From a virus, in IMG/VR virus record IMGVR_UViG_3300003177_000005, positions 32,001 to 96,000 of that record: a DNA stretch of 64,000 nt. One strand, written 5' to 3'. Under the pieces are notes generated by a model that was not told the DNA's origin, did no database searches, and was given only the letters and a program-made list of their open reading frames with translations. Shown here in pieces: positions 1 to 10,249 of the stretch; the stretch's first letter is position 1, and each line of letters begins with the position of its first letter. The translations under genes were made by a program, and so were the position numbers.

Positions 1-1442
1 AATATACCAACACCTGTATTCTTTCTTTCTATTATAGCTATTAATTCAGGATAATCTATAAACCATTTAACCAACCATTTAAGAAACTTGTTTAGGTTAA
101 CATCATTATAACTTCCAGTACATACAGTTTCACCACTATAATAATCCATAATATAAAATGCAATACCATCTTGACCAACAGCTTCAGATGTATCTAAACC
201 TAATATACAAGGTCTACCATTTTTATATTCTTCTTTATCTTTATACCATCTAACTACAAGATTATAATCTGTAATTTCAATTTCTGGATCTTTTTCTACA
301 TTATTATTTAATTCTTCTAATAACTCTTTAGTAAATGGTGACCTAATACTACCTAAAGACCAGATGTTTAAGAAGTCGGCTTTAGCATCATCCCCTTCAG
401 AAATTGCCTTAGCTATTCTTTCAGCCAACCATAGATCAGAAAAACCTAACTGGTTATGGTTATACTCTAAAAGAACTATCTCGGTAGCTCTTAATAACTT
501 ATCCTCGCTAGCTGGTTTATTTGATTTAATTAACTTCTTTAATTCTTCTGGATTTTTAGCATCCATAAATTTTTCGTTCCATCTAGTAGATGCTTTATAG
601 ATTCTATAAGCATATTTCCCTGGTTTAGATTTTATATGTCCAGCTGTTGTTGAGAAAATAATACCATAAGGACTATTGTTAGCTTTTGCCGCATCCATAG
701 CTGCTGTTAGTGATGCTAACATAGCTGGTATAGTAATAAAGTTATTATCTATATAAGCAAATTCATCTATATAGTCAACAGGTGCTGTAAGACCACGACC
801 AATCTTTAATGCACCTTTTTCGTCCATCTGTGCTACATAACCATTTATAATGTTTTTTAAAGCTTTTACAGTAATATTCTCTGTATTATTAGAATCTTTT
901 TTAGTTCTAAGTTTTAAAAATTCAGGCAACTCATCTATATTAGCTTTTGTTTTTTCTACAAGGTCGACTCTATGTGTTGTATCTTTACCAAGCATCGACA
1001 TCTTACTATTAGCCATCCAAAAACTACATAGACCACCCAGTAATTGTGTAACGGAAAATGTCTTTCCTGTTTGTCTTGGTTGTATAAGATATGTTGTAAT
1101 GTGATTAAAGAATAACCAAAACAAAGATATGTTTGCTCTATTAGCTATAAATTGTCTAGGTGTTGTACCAGCAATAGCAGGAGCTCTTGCAATTTCTCTA
1201 AAATAATACCAAGGGTTTTCTTTTATTTCTAGTGCAATTTTTAATTTAGTCCTTAAACTATTGGCATTATCAAAAGGATCAACTCCTTGTAAATCTGGGT
1301 TATGTAATGCTAATAAAAAAGTGTGGTTTTCTAAACCCATCTGTTTTAAAACAGAAGCTGTTTCTATAAATGTTTTATTATTTGTTTTATAATCTGGTAT
1401 AGCTCTTGGATATTTCTTCCAATCTTCTAAAAATAAGATCAT
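1..1442 (-). CDS. terL: Terminase large subunit, phiKZ-type (runs off the left edge; missed by ORF track)
   Basis: Own translation from ATG at 1442: MILFLEDWKKYPRAIPDYKTNNKTF...LALHNPDLQGVDPFD; Walker A IQPRQTGKT and GRGLT...YIDEFAY Walker B; AAGGA RBS upstream. Confidence 0.88.
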   Translation of the reverse strand, partial: MILFLEDWKKYPRAIPDYKTNNKTFIETASVLKQMGLENHTFLLALHNPDLQGVDPFDNANSLRTKLKIALEIKENPWYYFREIARAPAIAGTTPRQFIANRANISLFWLFFNHITTYLIQPRQTGKTFSVTQLLGGLCSFWMANSKMSMLGKDTTHRVDLVEKTKANIDELPEFLKLRTKKDSNNTENITVKALKNIINGYVAQMDEKGALKIGRGLTAPVDYIDEFAYIDNNFITIPAMLASLTAAMDAAKANNSPYGIIFSTTAGHIKSKPGKYAYRIYKASTRWNEKFMDAKNPEELKKLIKSNKPASEDKLLRATEIVLLEYNHNQLGFSDLWLAERIAKAISEGDDAKADFLNIWSLGSIRSPFTKELLEELNNNVEKDPEIEITDYNLVVRWYKDKEEYKNGRPCILGLDTSEAVGQDGIAFYIMDYYSGETVCTGSYNDVNLNKFLKWLVKWFIDYPELIAIIERKNTGVGI

Positions 1443-1500
1443 TTTCTTTCCTTTAACTTATTATTTTATATTCAAGTAAATAACTTTTATTAATATTTTA

Positions 1501-1534
1501 TTTTTTATGAGTTTTGGCCAAAACTCATAAAAAA
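1501..1534. repeat. Perfect 34-bp palindrome between divergent genes
   Basis: ttttttatgagttttgg|ccaaaactcataaaaaa. Confidence 0.9.
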
Positions 1535-1552
1535 TTAACATAGGAGATCAGT

Positions 1553-2263
1553 ATGGCAAGAATAAACACAACACTAATTAAGTCTAGCTTAAAATATGCT
1601 AGAGGTTTTAATGATGATAGTGGTATTTACTTTAATCTAGGTAATTCTAACAGAGATGAGTTAAAGATATATATCAAACCTTTGGTTAAGATATTAAGAG
1701 GTAGTAATGAAAAGTTACCAAAAGACTGGAGAAAAACAAAAAGTGGAAATTTAGTAACACCAATGTTTAAAGCAAGTATTTCAAAACAAGTCATTGGTGA
1801 AGATACTCCATTAAAAGATACTTTTGAAACACTGTTTATTACTATAAATGATAGTAAAAAGATTGTTTTACACCTTGGAGTTATAGAAAAGTTTAATGAA
1901 CTTAAAGACCAAGATGAAACTATTGTTGGAAGTGAAGCTAAAAAAGGTATCAAATATCGAATAGTTAATACTGATAAGCTTTTAAATACATTTTGTGAGA
2001 AAAATCTATTTGTAGTCAATGGGAAGGCTTATGTAATAACCGTAAGTGGTTCAGATGTAAAAATTTATAGTGCTGTGAGTCGAAGATGGTTAAAGAGGAT
2101 TTATAAAAATGGTAAAAGTTATTATGTAATCCCTGTATTCAATCACGGTAAACTTATTAAATTTAAGAAATATGATTTTGATGTATTAAAAAAAATATAT
2201 GAAAAATTTGATAAACCAAGTTTTTTAACTAGAATTAAAAAATTAGTTAAAAGGAATAAATAA
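1553..2263 (+). CDS. Hypothetical basic protein
   Basis: 236-aa ORF, AGGAG RBS, no recognised motif. Confidence 0.75.
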   Translation: MARINTTLIKSSLKYARGFNDDSGIYFNLGNSNRDELKIYIKPLVKILRGSNEKLPKDWRKTKSGNLVTPMFKASISKQVIGEDTPLKDTFETLFITINDSKKIVLHLGVIEKFNELKDQDETIVGSEAKKGIKYRIVNTDKLLNTFCEKNLFVVNGKAYVITVSGSDVKIYSAVSRRWLKRIYKNGKSYYVIPVFNHGKLIKFKKYDFDVLKKIYEKFDKPSFLTRIKKLVKRNK

Positions 2264-2268
2264 TTTAA

Positions 2269-2571
2269 ATGTCAACGATGGACTGTGAAAAAAAGATATT
2301 GGACTATTGTGGTGAAAAAACAAAACCAATGTCATTTACATACTTAAACAAGAAGTATGTATTATACACTTTGGATACAAGACTAATAGTTGCCCAATGT
2401 GATAATTTAAAGCAAAAATGGTTTGTTAAATATGACAATAGTGTTTGGTTTATAAAGCTTGATGATAAAAACATTATTTTACTAAATAGGATTATAATTA
2501 AATATCGAGTTTACTATAAATGGTATAATAAGTTAAAGAGATGGGTTAAAAAAGTTTATAGGATAAGATAA
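2269..2571 (+). CDS. Hypothetical protein
   Basis: 100-aa ORF abutting previous gene. Confidence 0.6.
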   Translation: MSTMDCEKKILDYCGEKTKPMSFTYLNKKYVLYTLDTRLIVAQCDNLKQKWFVKYDNSVWFIKLDDKNIILLNRIIIKYRVYYKWYNKLKRWVKKVYRIR

Positions 2572-2582
2572 GGAGTTAATCC

Positions 2583-3797
2583 TTATCTTATCACTTTGTC
2601 ATTGACCTTAAATAGAGATATATTGTTTATTATCGAAGAACTCTTTATACCTAAATTATGCTTCACCTCTTTAATCATCTTACTTTTTATTTTTTTTACA
2701 TTATCGTCTTTTATTTTACTATTTGTCCATATAAATTTAATGTTCTTTAATACATCTACTACATTATTATCTAAATCTGGTATTATACCTCTTTTTATTA
2801 ATATGTTATTATTAACTTCTATTATTTCTTTTAGGATACCATCATATCGTATTTTTTCTTTTAAGTAATTATCTGAAATCACTCTTAAATTTTTTTGTAA
2901 AAGATTAAAACGAGTCATAGGGAATATAGATTTTGTTAATTGTAAAGTTTGACTATTATATAAAACTGAATAATCACCAACCATTTGTTGTAAATTAATA
3001 AAATTCTGACGGTAGGCATTTTGAACTACACCTATTTTGTCACCATCCTCATACGAGTCAGTTATATCTGATGATGAGACTACATCACCTTTATTTTGTT
3101 CTATTTCCCTTAGTACTGATGTGTACTCTTTCATTAATGATGTTAATCTATTATATCCATCTGTTAATGCGTATAATATACCTTCTACATCACATTTATT
3201 AAATGCCTCTTTATGATGGTTATCCCCACCATTTCTCAATTTATCATTTATATAAAGTATTAAAGCATAATCATCGATAACTTCTTGCCAGTTACGAAAT
3301 TGTTTTAATTTAAAGTGCCCTGACATTTTATTTATAACTGTCTTATGAACATTTAATGGTAACTGATAATTCCCAAACCACTCACCAACTTTAGAAGAAA
3401 TAACCTTATATGCAAAAATTGAAAATAATTCTGTTTTAGCAGTATTAGTTATATGTTCTGAAAATTTCCTTTGACTATAATAAGCCATTAATCCAAATAA
3501 AACTACATTATAGACATTAGAACTAACCTTAAAATTTTTATTTACTTCTTTAAAATGATAAATATCTTCTTGTAGTTTATCTATATCTTTTATTTTCATA
3601 ATCTCGTTAAATAGAACTCTAAAATCTGTTACAGAGAACCTAGTTATAACAAGTCCTAAATATCTAGAAGATAACCACTCTATATGATCCTCATTTCTAT
3701 TAACCCAAGACATTCTAAATCGTCCTATATCTTTTAAAAGTTTTTCATCTATTTTTCTACCTATATGTTCTTCTAATAATTTAAACAATTTACACAT
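2583..3797 (-). CDS. Conserved phiKZ-like core (probably virion) protein
   Basis: Motifs VNRNEDHIEW..YLG and NFKVSSNVYN recall a conserved phiKZ-family protein near terL; start moved to ATG 3797 behind GGAAAGGG. Confidence 0.6.
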   Translation of the reverse strand: MCKLFKLLEEHIGRKIDEKLLKDIGRFRMSWVNRNEDHIEWLSSRYLGLVITRFSVTDFRVLFNEIMKIKDIDKLQEDIYHFKEVNKNFKVSSNVYNVVLFGLMAYYSQRKFSEHITNTAKTELFSIFAYKVISSKVGEWFGNYQLPLNVHKTVINKMSGHFKLKQFRNWQEVIDDYALILYINDKLRNGGDNHHKEAFNKCDVEGILYALTDGYNRLTSLMKEYTSVLREIEQNKGDVVSSSDITDSYEDGDKIGVVQNAYRQNFINLQQMVGDYSVLYNSQTLQLTKSIFPMTRFNLLQKNLRVISDNYLKEKIRYDGILKEIIEVNNNILIKRGIIPDLDNNVVDVLKNIKFIWTNSKIKDDNVKKIKSKMIKEVKHNLGIKSSSIINNISLFKVNDKVIR

Positions 3798-3950
3798 ATA
3801 AACCCTTTCCAGTTGTATCAATCAAGATGTATTTTTTCCATTAAATGAAGTCTAAACACTCTAATAACAAACAGAATTAAAAAAATATATACTAAAGGGT
3901 TTAGAATTTAATAAACTATAAAGTTTAGGCTTCATCATTTTTTTCTCCTG

Positions 3951-4003
3951 ATGAGTACTTCCCAGATACTACCGTATTTTGGTAGTATCTGGGAAGTACT
4001 CAT
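3951..4003. repeat. Perfect inverted repeat, 23-bp arms, 7-nt loop
   Basis: atgagtacttcccagatactacc-gtatttt-ggtagtatctgggaagtactcat, between divergent genes. Confidence 0.9.
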
Positions 4004-4029
4004 AACTATTTTAAAAATATATAATTTAA

Positions 4030-4467
4030 ATGTCAAATATAAACAAGGAGTTTTTTATGTGGTTATTTTTTTATGGTATAGTTATACTCGCTATAACTTT
4101 TTTATTAGGTGTTTTAAAACTTATTCCCGATAATGTTTTATTATTAATACTTGGTGGTGTTTTAAGTGTAGATTTATTTTTGTATCTATTTAAATTTAAA
4201 CATAAGATAGATATAAGGGTTTTCAATAATAAGAATTCTAAACTTATTAATAGTCCTGGATGGATAAAACATAATGCAATATTTACTTTAATAATTCTAG
4301 TTATTTCCGCTGGTTGTTATGACCTATTTATTTATAATAAAATTAATATTATACATTACTTTATTCTTTTATCTATAATAAGTATTTACTTTAATATTTA
4401 TTTAATAAACCAAAACAGGTTTGCAGCACTAAAACAGTTAAAGGATTTAACTAATGACAAAAAGTGA
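4030..4467 (+). CDS. Small multi-pass membrane protein
   Basis: About four hydrophobic segments; true start possibly ATG 4057 after AAGGAG. Confidence 0.7.
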   Translation: MSNINKEFFMWLFFYGIVILAITFLLGVLKLIPDNVLLLILGGVLSVDLFLYLFKFKHKIDIRVFNNKNSKLINSPGWIKHNAIFTLIILVISAGCYDLFIYNKINIIHYFILLSIISIYFNIYLINQNRFAALKQLKDLTNDKK

Positions 4468-5596
4468 GTATGAGAAATTAGTTGATAAATTAAAAGAATG
4501 GAATGCCCTTTATGAAAAGGGTAGTCCTATAGTTGATGATATTGTTTTTGACTACAATTATGATTTAGTAAAAGAGTATGAATTAGAAAATAATATTAAA
4601 AACAAAGATTCCATAACTAATATAATTGGTACTGTTGATAAATCTAAAAAGATAAAACATAAGCAAAGAATGTATAGTCTAAAAAAGACTTATAATAAAA
4701 CTGATGTAGTAGAAATGTCGAAAAAGGATATGCTGGTCATTATGCCAAAATATGATGGTGTAGCTATAAAACTAATTTATCTTAATGGGGAACTGACAGA
4801 TATATTAACTAGAGGTAATGGTAAATATGGAATAAGTTTAAGGCATTTAAAAAGTAAACAACCTTTCAAGAAGTTTAAAAAGTGTAGTGACGACATTACC
4901 GAAGTTGTTGGTGAACTTGTTATCAGTATACCCAACTTTAAACGAGTACATAAAATAACAAAGAGGGAGTTTATTAATAATAGAAGTCTTGTAAGTAGTG
5001 TTATAACGAATAAGAAAAATATGGACTTAGCCAACTATTTGAAGTTTAGACCTTTTGGTATTGTAACGACTAAAGAGTTTTCAGTTTATAGTAATGAATT
5101 AGATTATTTAAAATCTGTTTTTAATGTTAAAATCCCTTATAAGAAAACGAATGTATTAGGTTGTAGTGAATTAGACTTATTTCCATTAATAACAACATTA
5201 ACTGCTGAAACAAGTAGTTATCCAAAAGACGGGATAGTTTTTAGTTTAAACTCTCTGAAGTATTGGAATGAATATACTCAAAAATATCCAAAGTTTAAAC
5301 TAGCTTTAAAAGATAAAGCTAAAGTAAAAGAAAGTGTGCTTTTAGATGTTAAATGGAGAAAAGGTGCAACAGGTAGAATTACACCAGTTGGTATAATAGA
5401 ACCAGTTATAGTTGACAATGCTCTTATTTCCAAAGTTAACCTTCATAGCTATAAGACTATTAAAACTTTGGGTTTAGCGATAAATGACACCATTATGGTT
5501 GCTAGACAGGGTGGTAGCGTCCCTAAGATAGTTGAAGTTATTTATGATGTAGATAAACAAGATAAACGAATAGAAATAAAAAATTATTTAGAATAA
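4454..5596 (+). CDS. ligA: NAD-dependent DNA ligase, short form (Ia, adenylation and OB domains only)
   Basis: YEKGSPIVDDIVFD (Ia), KYDG, TRGNG, EVVGEL, DGIVF, GRITPV, RQGGSVPKI; 380 aa with no Zn finger/HhH/BRCT. Confidence 0.9.
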   Translation: MTKSEYEKLVDKLKEWNALYEKGSPIVDDIVFDYNYDLVKEYELENNIKNKDSITNIIGTVDKSKKIKHKQRMYSLKKTYNKTDVVEMSKKDMLVIMPKYDGVAIKLIYLNGELTDILTRGNGKYGISLRHLKSKQPFKKFKKCSDDITEVVGELVISIPNFKRVHKITKREFINNRSLVSSVITNKKNMDLANYLKFRPFGIVTTKEFSVYSNELDYLKSVFNVKIPYKKTNVLGCSELDLFPLITTLTAETSSYPKDGIVFSLNSLKYWNEYTQKYPKFKLALKDKAKVKESVLLDVKWRKGATGRITPVGIIEPVIVDNALISKVNLHSYKTIKTLGLAINDTIMVARQGGSVPKIVEVIYDVDKQDKRIEIKNYLE

Positions 5597-5694
5597 CTAT
5601 TAGTCGTTAAACCGACTAATGGTTTAAAAGCTTATCGTTTCTTTTTTTTTCTAATCTTTTGACCTATTAATGAATACTTAAAGAAAGGCATAAT

Positions 5695-7335
5695 ATGTTA
5701 TTAGAAGACATAATTTTAGAGAAGCGTGGTTTGCTTGATAGAAAAGCAGACTTATTAGATAAGAGTTATTCGAGACTTATTTCAATATTAGACAATAATA
5801 CAATAACCAATATGGATAAAACTGTTGAGTTATTAAAAGAAAATCTAGATGATGATAAATGTATAGTTTTAAATACAGATTTTGATGTTGATGGTATGAC
5901 TTCTATGGCAATACTACATAATGGATTAAAAGAAGTTTTTGGTTTTAAAGGTGAATTAATTATTATTAATAATAATAGAGAACTTGGCAGAGGTATAAAC
6001 AATACAACTATGATGGAAGTTGAAAACCTTTCTAAAATTAAGAAGATAGATTTATTTATAACTGGTGACCACGGAAGTACAGATAAAGAACAAGTTAATA
6101 AATTAATGAGTATGGGAATTAAATGTATTATTACCGACCATCATCTTTATGATGAAGAGAGTAAAGTTGAAACACCTTATTTCATTAACCCTATATTTGA
6201 GAATAACCAATTTAAATTTATCTCTGGTGCTACAGTTTTATATGTTCTTTTTTATAAATTAGCTAAAGCTTTAGATAGTGATAAATATTTACCTATATTA
6301 CAACTAGAGTTATTACCATTAGCGGCATTAACCACTATATCTGATATGATGGATATGAGAGAACCTATTAATAGATGTTTAGTACATAATGGTATTAAGG
6401 TTATGACTGTTAGTAAGAAAATAGTTTTTCAAGAGATGATTAAAACTGTTAAGTCTAAAAGAGTTATAACTTCTGGACAATTAGGTGCTATTATATCACC
6501 TATCATTAATTCAGCTGGTAGAATGAATAAAAGTATGTTAGGTATAAGGTTCCTTATTTCTCCTGATACTGAAGCTAAGTTTAACTATGAAAAATTAAAA
6601 CAAGTTAATAAAGATAGAAAAGAGTATCTTGAAGACATTATGAAAGATGTAAAACATAAGGTTGATTTCTATAGACAAAAATATAAAAATATTAATGTAG
6701 TAGTATTAGAAGAAGGTGGTGGTATAGCTGGTATAGTTGCTAGTAGATTAGGTGACCAATATAGTAAACCTACTTTTGTTTTAACTAAAGGAGAAGATGG
6801 ATATAATTGTAGTGCTAGAGCTATAGTTGAAGGTGTTCATATTGAAGAAACTGTTAAAAAGCTTAAAGAGAAAGGTTTAATTTTAAAAGGTGGTGGTCAT
6901 AAAGGGGCTGGTGGTTGTTTAATACCATTAGATAAATTAAAAGATTTTTTAGAAGAACTCAACAGTATATTTGAAGGAATAACTAACGAGGACTTTAAAG
7001 CTGATGTGATAGAGGCTAATAATTTTAAACTTTTAGATTTACATAAAACTGTATTTAAATTAGAACCATTTGGTAACTTCTTTCCAACACCTATGTTTAA
7101 GCAGACTTTTAAAATACTTAGAAAAAATAGACTAGGTATGACAGAACATATTAAATTTATAGTAGAACGAGATGGTATAATGACTGATGCCTTATGTTTT
7201 AATATGTTATCTAAAGCTGATAAATTTAAACCTGGTGATGATATAACATTAATATTTAAAACAGAATTAAAAAGTGATAATATATCTTTAATAGTTGATG
7301 ATATAGAACTCGTAAGGAAAAGTGGTAAGACTTGA
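5695..7335 (+). CDS. recJ: RecJ-like DHH ssDNA exonuclease
   Basis: DFDVDG, TGDHG, ITDHH, SGA, INSAGR, GGGHKGAGG, LEPFG motifs. Confidence 0.92.
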   Translation: MLLEDIILEKRGLLDRKADLLDKSYSRLISILDNNTITNMDKTVELLKENLDDDKCIVLNTDFDVDGMTSMAILHNGLKEVFGFKGELIIINNNRELGRGINNTTMMEVENLSKIKKIDLFITGDHGSTDKEQVNKLMSMGIKCIITDHHLYDEESKVETPYFINPIFENNQFKFISGATVLYVLFYKLAKALDSDKYLPILQLELLPLAALTTISDMMDMREPINRCLVHNGIKVMTVSKKIVFQEMIKTVKSKRVITSGQLGAIISPIINSAGRMNKSMLGIRFLISPDTEAKFNYEKLKQVNKDRKEYLEDIMKDVKHKVDFYRQKYKNINVVVLEEGGGIAGIVASRLGDQYSKPTFVLTKGEDGYNCSARAIVEGVHIEETVKKLKEKGLILKGGGHKGAGGCLIPLDKLKDFLEELNSIFEGITNEDFKADVIEANNFKLLDLHKTVFKLEPFGNFFPTPMFKQTFKILRKNRLGMTEHIKFIVERDGIMTDALCFNMLSKADKFKPGDDITLIFKTELKSDNISLIVDDIELVRKSGKT

Positions 7336-8166
7336 ACGATACACCCATTTATAAAATGGGTTGGTGGTAAAGGTAGTATACTTAATACGCTTATAAAACA
7401 TATACCAGAAAACTTTAATAATTATTACGAGCCATTCTTAGGTGGTGGTTCTATGTTCTTTAAGTTATATGCTATGGAACGATTAAAGAAAAGAGATGTT
7501 GTTTTATCTGATGTTAATGAAGAACTTATCAATACTTATAAGGTTGTAAAGACAAATCCATATCAATTATTAAAGAAACTAAAAAAACATAGTAAGAAAC
7601 ATAGCAAGAAATATTACTATAGAATAAGAGAGTTAGATAGAAGAAAGGATTTTAAAAATTTTAAAGATGTAGATAGAGCTGCTAGGTTCATTTATCTTAA
7701 TAAAACTTGTTTTAATGGTTTACATAGAACAAACCAAAAAGGACACTTTAATGTACCTTTAGGTAATATGAAGATTAAACATTTGGTAGATAGAGAAAAC
7801 CTACTTAGAGTTCATCGAGCTTTAAGGCATGTTACTATAAAACATAGTAGTTTTGAAGATATAATTAAAAAAGCTAAGAAAGATGATTTTATTTATTTAG
7901 ACCCACCATATATACCACTAAATAAAACATCTTCTTTTACTAATTATAATAAAAATGGTTTTAATCTAGATGACCAAAAGAGATTAAGAGATTTACTCTT
8001 GGATGCTAGTAATAGAGGTGTTAAACTTCTAATTAGTAATTCTTATACTGAACTAACTAAAGAGCTTTATAAAGACTTTAATATTAAGGTTATACAAGCT
8101 AGGAGGAATATTAATAGTAAAGGTCATAAAAGGAATAAGGTAAATGAAGCCTTAATCTTTAATTAA
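7336..8166 (+). CDS. dam: Dam-family DNA adenine methyltransferase (start codon unclear)
   Basis: PFIKWVGGK begins right after the recJ stop in the same frame; EPFLGGGS, YLNKTCFNGL, YLDPPY, ISNS motifs. Confidence 0.9.
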   Translation, partial: TIHPFIKWVGGKGSILNTLIKHIPENFNNYYEPFLGGGSMFFKLYAMERLKKRDVVLSDVNEELINTYKVVKTNPYQLLKKLKKHSKKHSKKYYYRIRELDRRKDFKNFKDVDRAARFIYLNKTCFNGLHRTNQKGHFNVPLGNMKIKHLVDRENLLRVHRALRHVTIKHSSFEDIIKKAKKDDFIYLDPPYIPLNKTSSFTNYNKNGFNLDDQKRLRDLLLDASNRGVKLLISNSYTELTKELYKDFNIKVIQARRNINSKGHKRNKVNEALIFN

Positions 8167-8251
8167 AATCATCCAACATATACCCTTATATAATTTAAGT
8201 AGTGATTAGTTATCGCTACTTAAAAAATAAACTTTTTCGAAAAGGATTAAA

Positions 8252-9328
8252 ATGTACAAAATTAAGGTTAACATCATAGGTTGTGGGGGAGCTGGTAGTA
8301 AACTAGTAGAGACATTCGCTAAATACTACGACTCTAAGTTAAAAAGTTTTGAGAGTGAAATCTCACCAATCGTTGTATTCAAGAAGTATGATTTAGATAC
8401 TAAAGAAGGAACTATCCCAACTACTGTTATTGAGTCGCCATTAAAGAATGGTCAAAAACTATATGGGTCTGGTGGTGAAAGAATTAGTAACTTCAAAGAG
8501 ATAAGAGATGCTGTTGCAAAGAATGCTAGTAAAATGGTTGAGGTTGAACCTACAACCATTAATATGGTAATATTTGGAACTGGTTCTGGTTCTGGAAGTG
8601 TTATTGGTCCAATAATTGCTGACCTAATAAAAAAGAGTGGTGGAACTGTTGTGGTTCTAGCTGTAGTAGATAGTTTTTCAAAGAAGAATACTATAGCTTC
8701 TATTGGAAGTCTTAAAACACTAGAAGGTTTAGCAGTTAAAAATAAATATGTTTTACCTGTTATGGCGTTTGAAAATATGCCAACAAAAGCCGAGTTGTTT
8801 ACAGTTAATAATATTGAAACTAATATAGAAAATGCTGATAACAAACTGTTAAGTAAGTTGTCTTTAATTTTACCATTCTTAACTAAACACGATGATTTAG
8901 AAGTTTCAGACTTATTATCACTGTTCAATCCTGAAAGAGGAAATAGTTTAAAAATTTCTAATGGAACAAAAAAATTAGATATAGCTTTAAATGGTGATTA
9001 CTATTTATCAGAAAATGTTGTTTCTGTTAAGTCTATAAGTCCTCTTGGTCATAACTATAGACCTAAGTTCCATAACCTATCTGACTTTAAAGTTGATAAG
9101 CCTAATAGTTATGCTAATGATATAATTAATCATTTCATTAGTAATACTAAAGACTCTAATGTTGCATTCCCATTAGAAATTATTTTAGCTGACCTTGGAT
9201 TTGGCGGCTTAGTTAGAACTCTGGAAGAAAAATTAGTAAACTTTAACGAAGCTGAACAAGCTCGTACAGATACTAATAATGCAATCGATATTGATTTAGA
9301 AGCAAGTGAAGATGGAATGTTTTTCTAA
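8252..9328 (+). CDS. phuZ: PhuZ phage tubulin
   Basis: IIGCGGAG, GSGGER, tubulin signature GTGSGSGSVIGP, acidic C-terminal tail ending EDGMFF. Confidence 0.9.
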   Translation: MYKIKVNIIGCGGAGSKLVETFAKYYDSKLKSFESEISPIVVFKKYDLDTKEGTIPTTVIESPLKNGQKLYGSGGERISNFKEIRDAVAKNASKMVEVEPTTINMVIFGTGSGSGSVIGPIIADLIKKSGGTVVVLAVVDSFSKKNTIASIGSLKTLEGLAVKNKYVLPVMAFENMPTKAELFTVNNIETNIENADNKLLSKLSLILPFLTKHDDLEVSDLLSLFNPERGNSLKISNGTKKLDIALNGDYYLSENVVSVKSISPLGHNYRPKFHNLSDFKVDKPNSYANDIINHFISNTKDSNVAFPLEIILADLGFGGLVRTLEEKLVNFNEAEQARTDTNNAIDIDLEASEDGMFF

Positions 9329-9635
9329 ATCAGGTCAACAAAAGAAATGTAAGATGTTATTTTACGATGTGTTAGGTCCAAATGTTGGACCTGACATTAT
9401 CGAAAATAATATACTTTGTTTACTTAACGATGTTGATTTTTTTAATGTCTTAAAGAAGTCTTACATTGAAACGGATGCAATAGTTCATAACTTCATAGAA
9501 ACTGTAGTATCCATTATAATGGATACTTTTATAGCTAGGTTTACTAATGTGGATTTTAATTTTATAAACGTAAGAGTTAGTAAAAGAAGAAAATATATAT
9601 TAGTAGAAGTCTTTGCTTATTACATAGAGATTTAA
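9306..9635 (+). CDS. Hypothetical protein
   Basis: 109-aa ORF in operon downstream of phuZ. Confidence 0.6.
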   Translation: MKMECFSKSGQQKKCKMLFYDVLGPNVGPDIIENNILCLLNDVDFFNVLKKSYIETDAIVHNFIETVVSIIMDTFIARFTNVDFNFINVRVSKRRKYILVEVFAYYIEI

Positions 9636-9646
9636 GGAGTATAAAA

Positions 9647-10249
9647 ATGCGTCTATTAAAAACACAAACTTATAATATTGATACTTTGGTAACTCTTATT
9701 AATGAAGTTTTAAGGCTAAATGATTTTCAAGATGTCCCTATAGACCAAGGTTTATTTATAGAACTTCGTAATGGTATTCCAAAGTATGTTGGGTATAAAG
9801 ATGATTTTAAAGAACCTGGGGTAATCTTTATAGACCGTAATAGTCAAAGGCAAATCTTTTTTAAAGCTAGACAAATACTAGTAGGTGAACTAAATAAATT
9901 CTTTTATTTTCAACATGAGTTTAAAGAATTATTCAATGTGGAACTTAAAAAAAATGAGATATCTAGAAATAATAAACTTCTACTAGAAGTAGTAGAAGAT
10001 CGACTTATTAAATTAGAACCACAACCTACATACATAGAAGAAGGTATACATGAGTTGGTAAAAGATTTCTATAATAAACTGTTAACTGATATACCAGAAT
10101 TGAAAACAAATTTTATTACTTTTAATGCTGACACTTATTTTCTAACTGTAAATGTTTATGAAAATTTAGCTAGTTATAGATTTAGGAAATATATGTCAAT
10201 CTTAAAAGAGGATGAGAAAGAATGTTACAAGTTACATACCCAGATTTAA
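9647..10249 (+). CDS. Hypothetical protein
   Basis: 200 aa, AAGGAG RBS. Confidence 0.75.
   Translation: MRLLKTQTYNIDTLVTLINEVLRLNDFQDVPIDQGLFIELRNGIPKYVGYKDDFKEPGVIFIDRNSQRQIFFKARQILVGELNKFFYFQHEFKELFNVELKKNEISRNNKLLLEVVEDRLIKLEPQPTYIEEGIHELVKDFYNKLLTDIPELKTNFITFNADTYFLTVNVYENLASYRFRKYMSILKEDEKECYKLHTQI

Noticed and set aside
364-1104. Plus-strand ORFs 364..600 and 850..1104
   Set aside because: Antisense shadows of the terminase gene.
3951-4133. 60-aa ORF starting in the inverted repeat
   Set aside because: Starts inside a hairpin, no RBS, overlaps a better gene.
7333-7335. Genome-wide stop-codon reassignment
   Set aside because: Only one in-frame TGA junction seen; core genes are intact under the standard code and TGA/TAG end ordinary genes.
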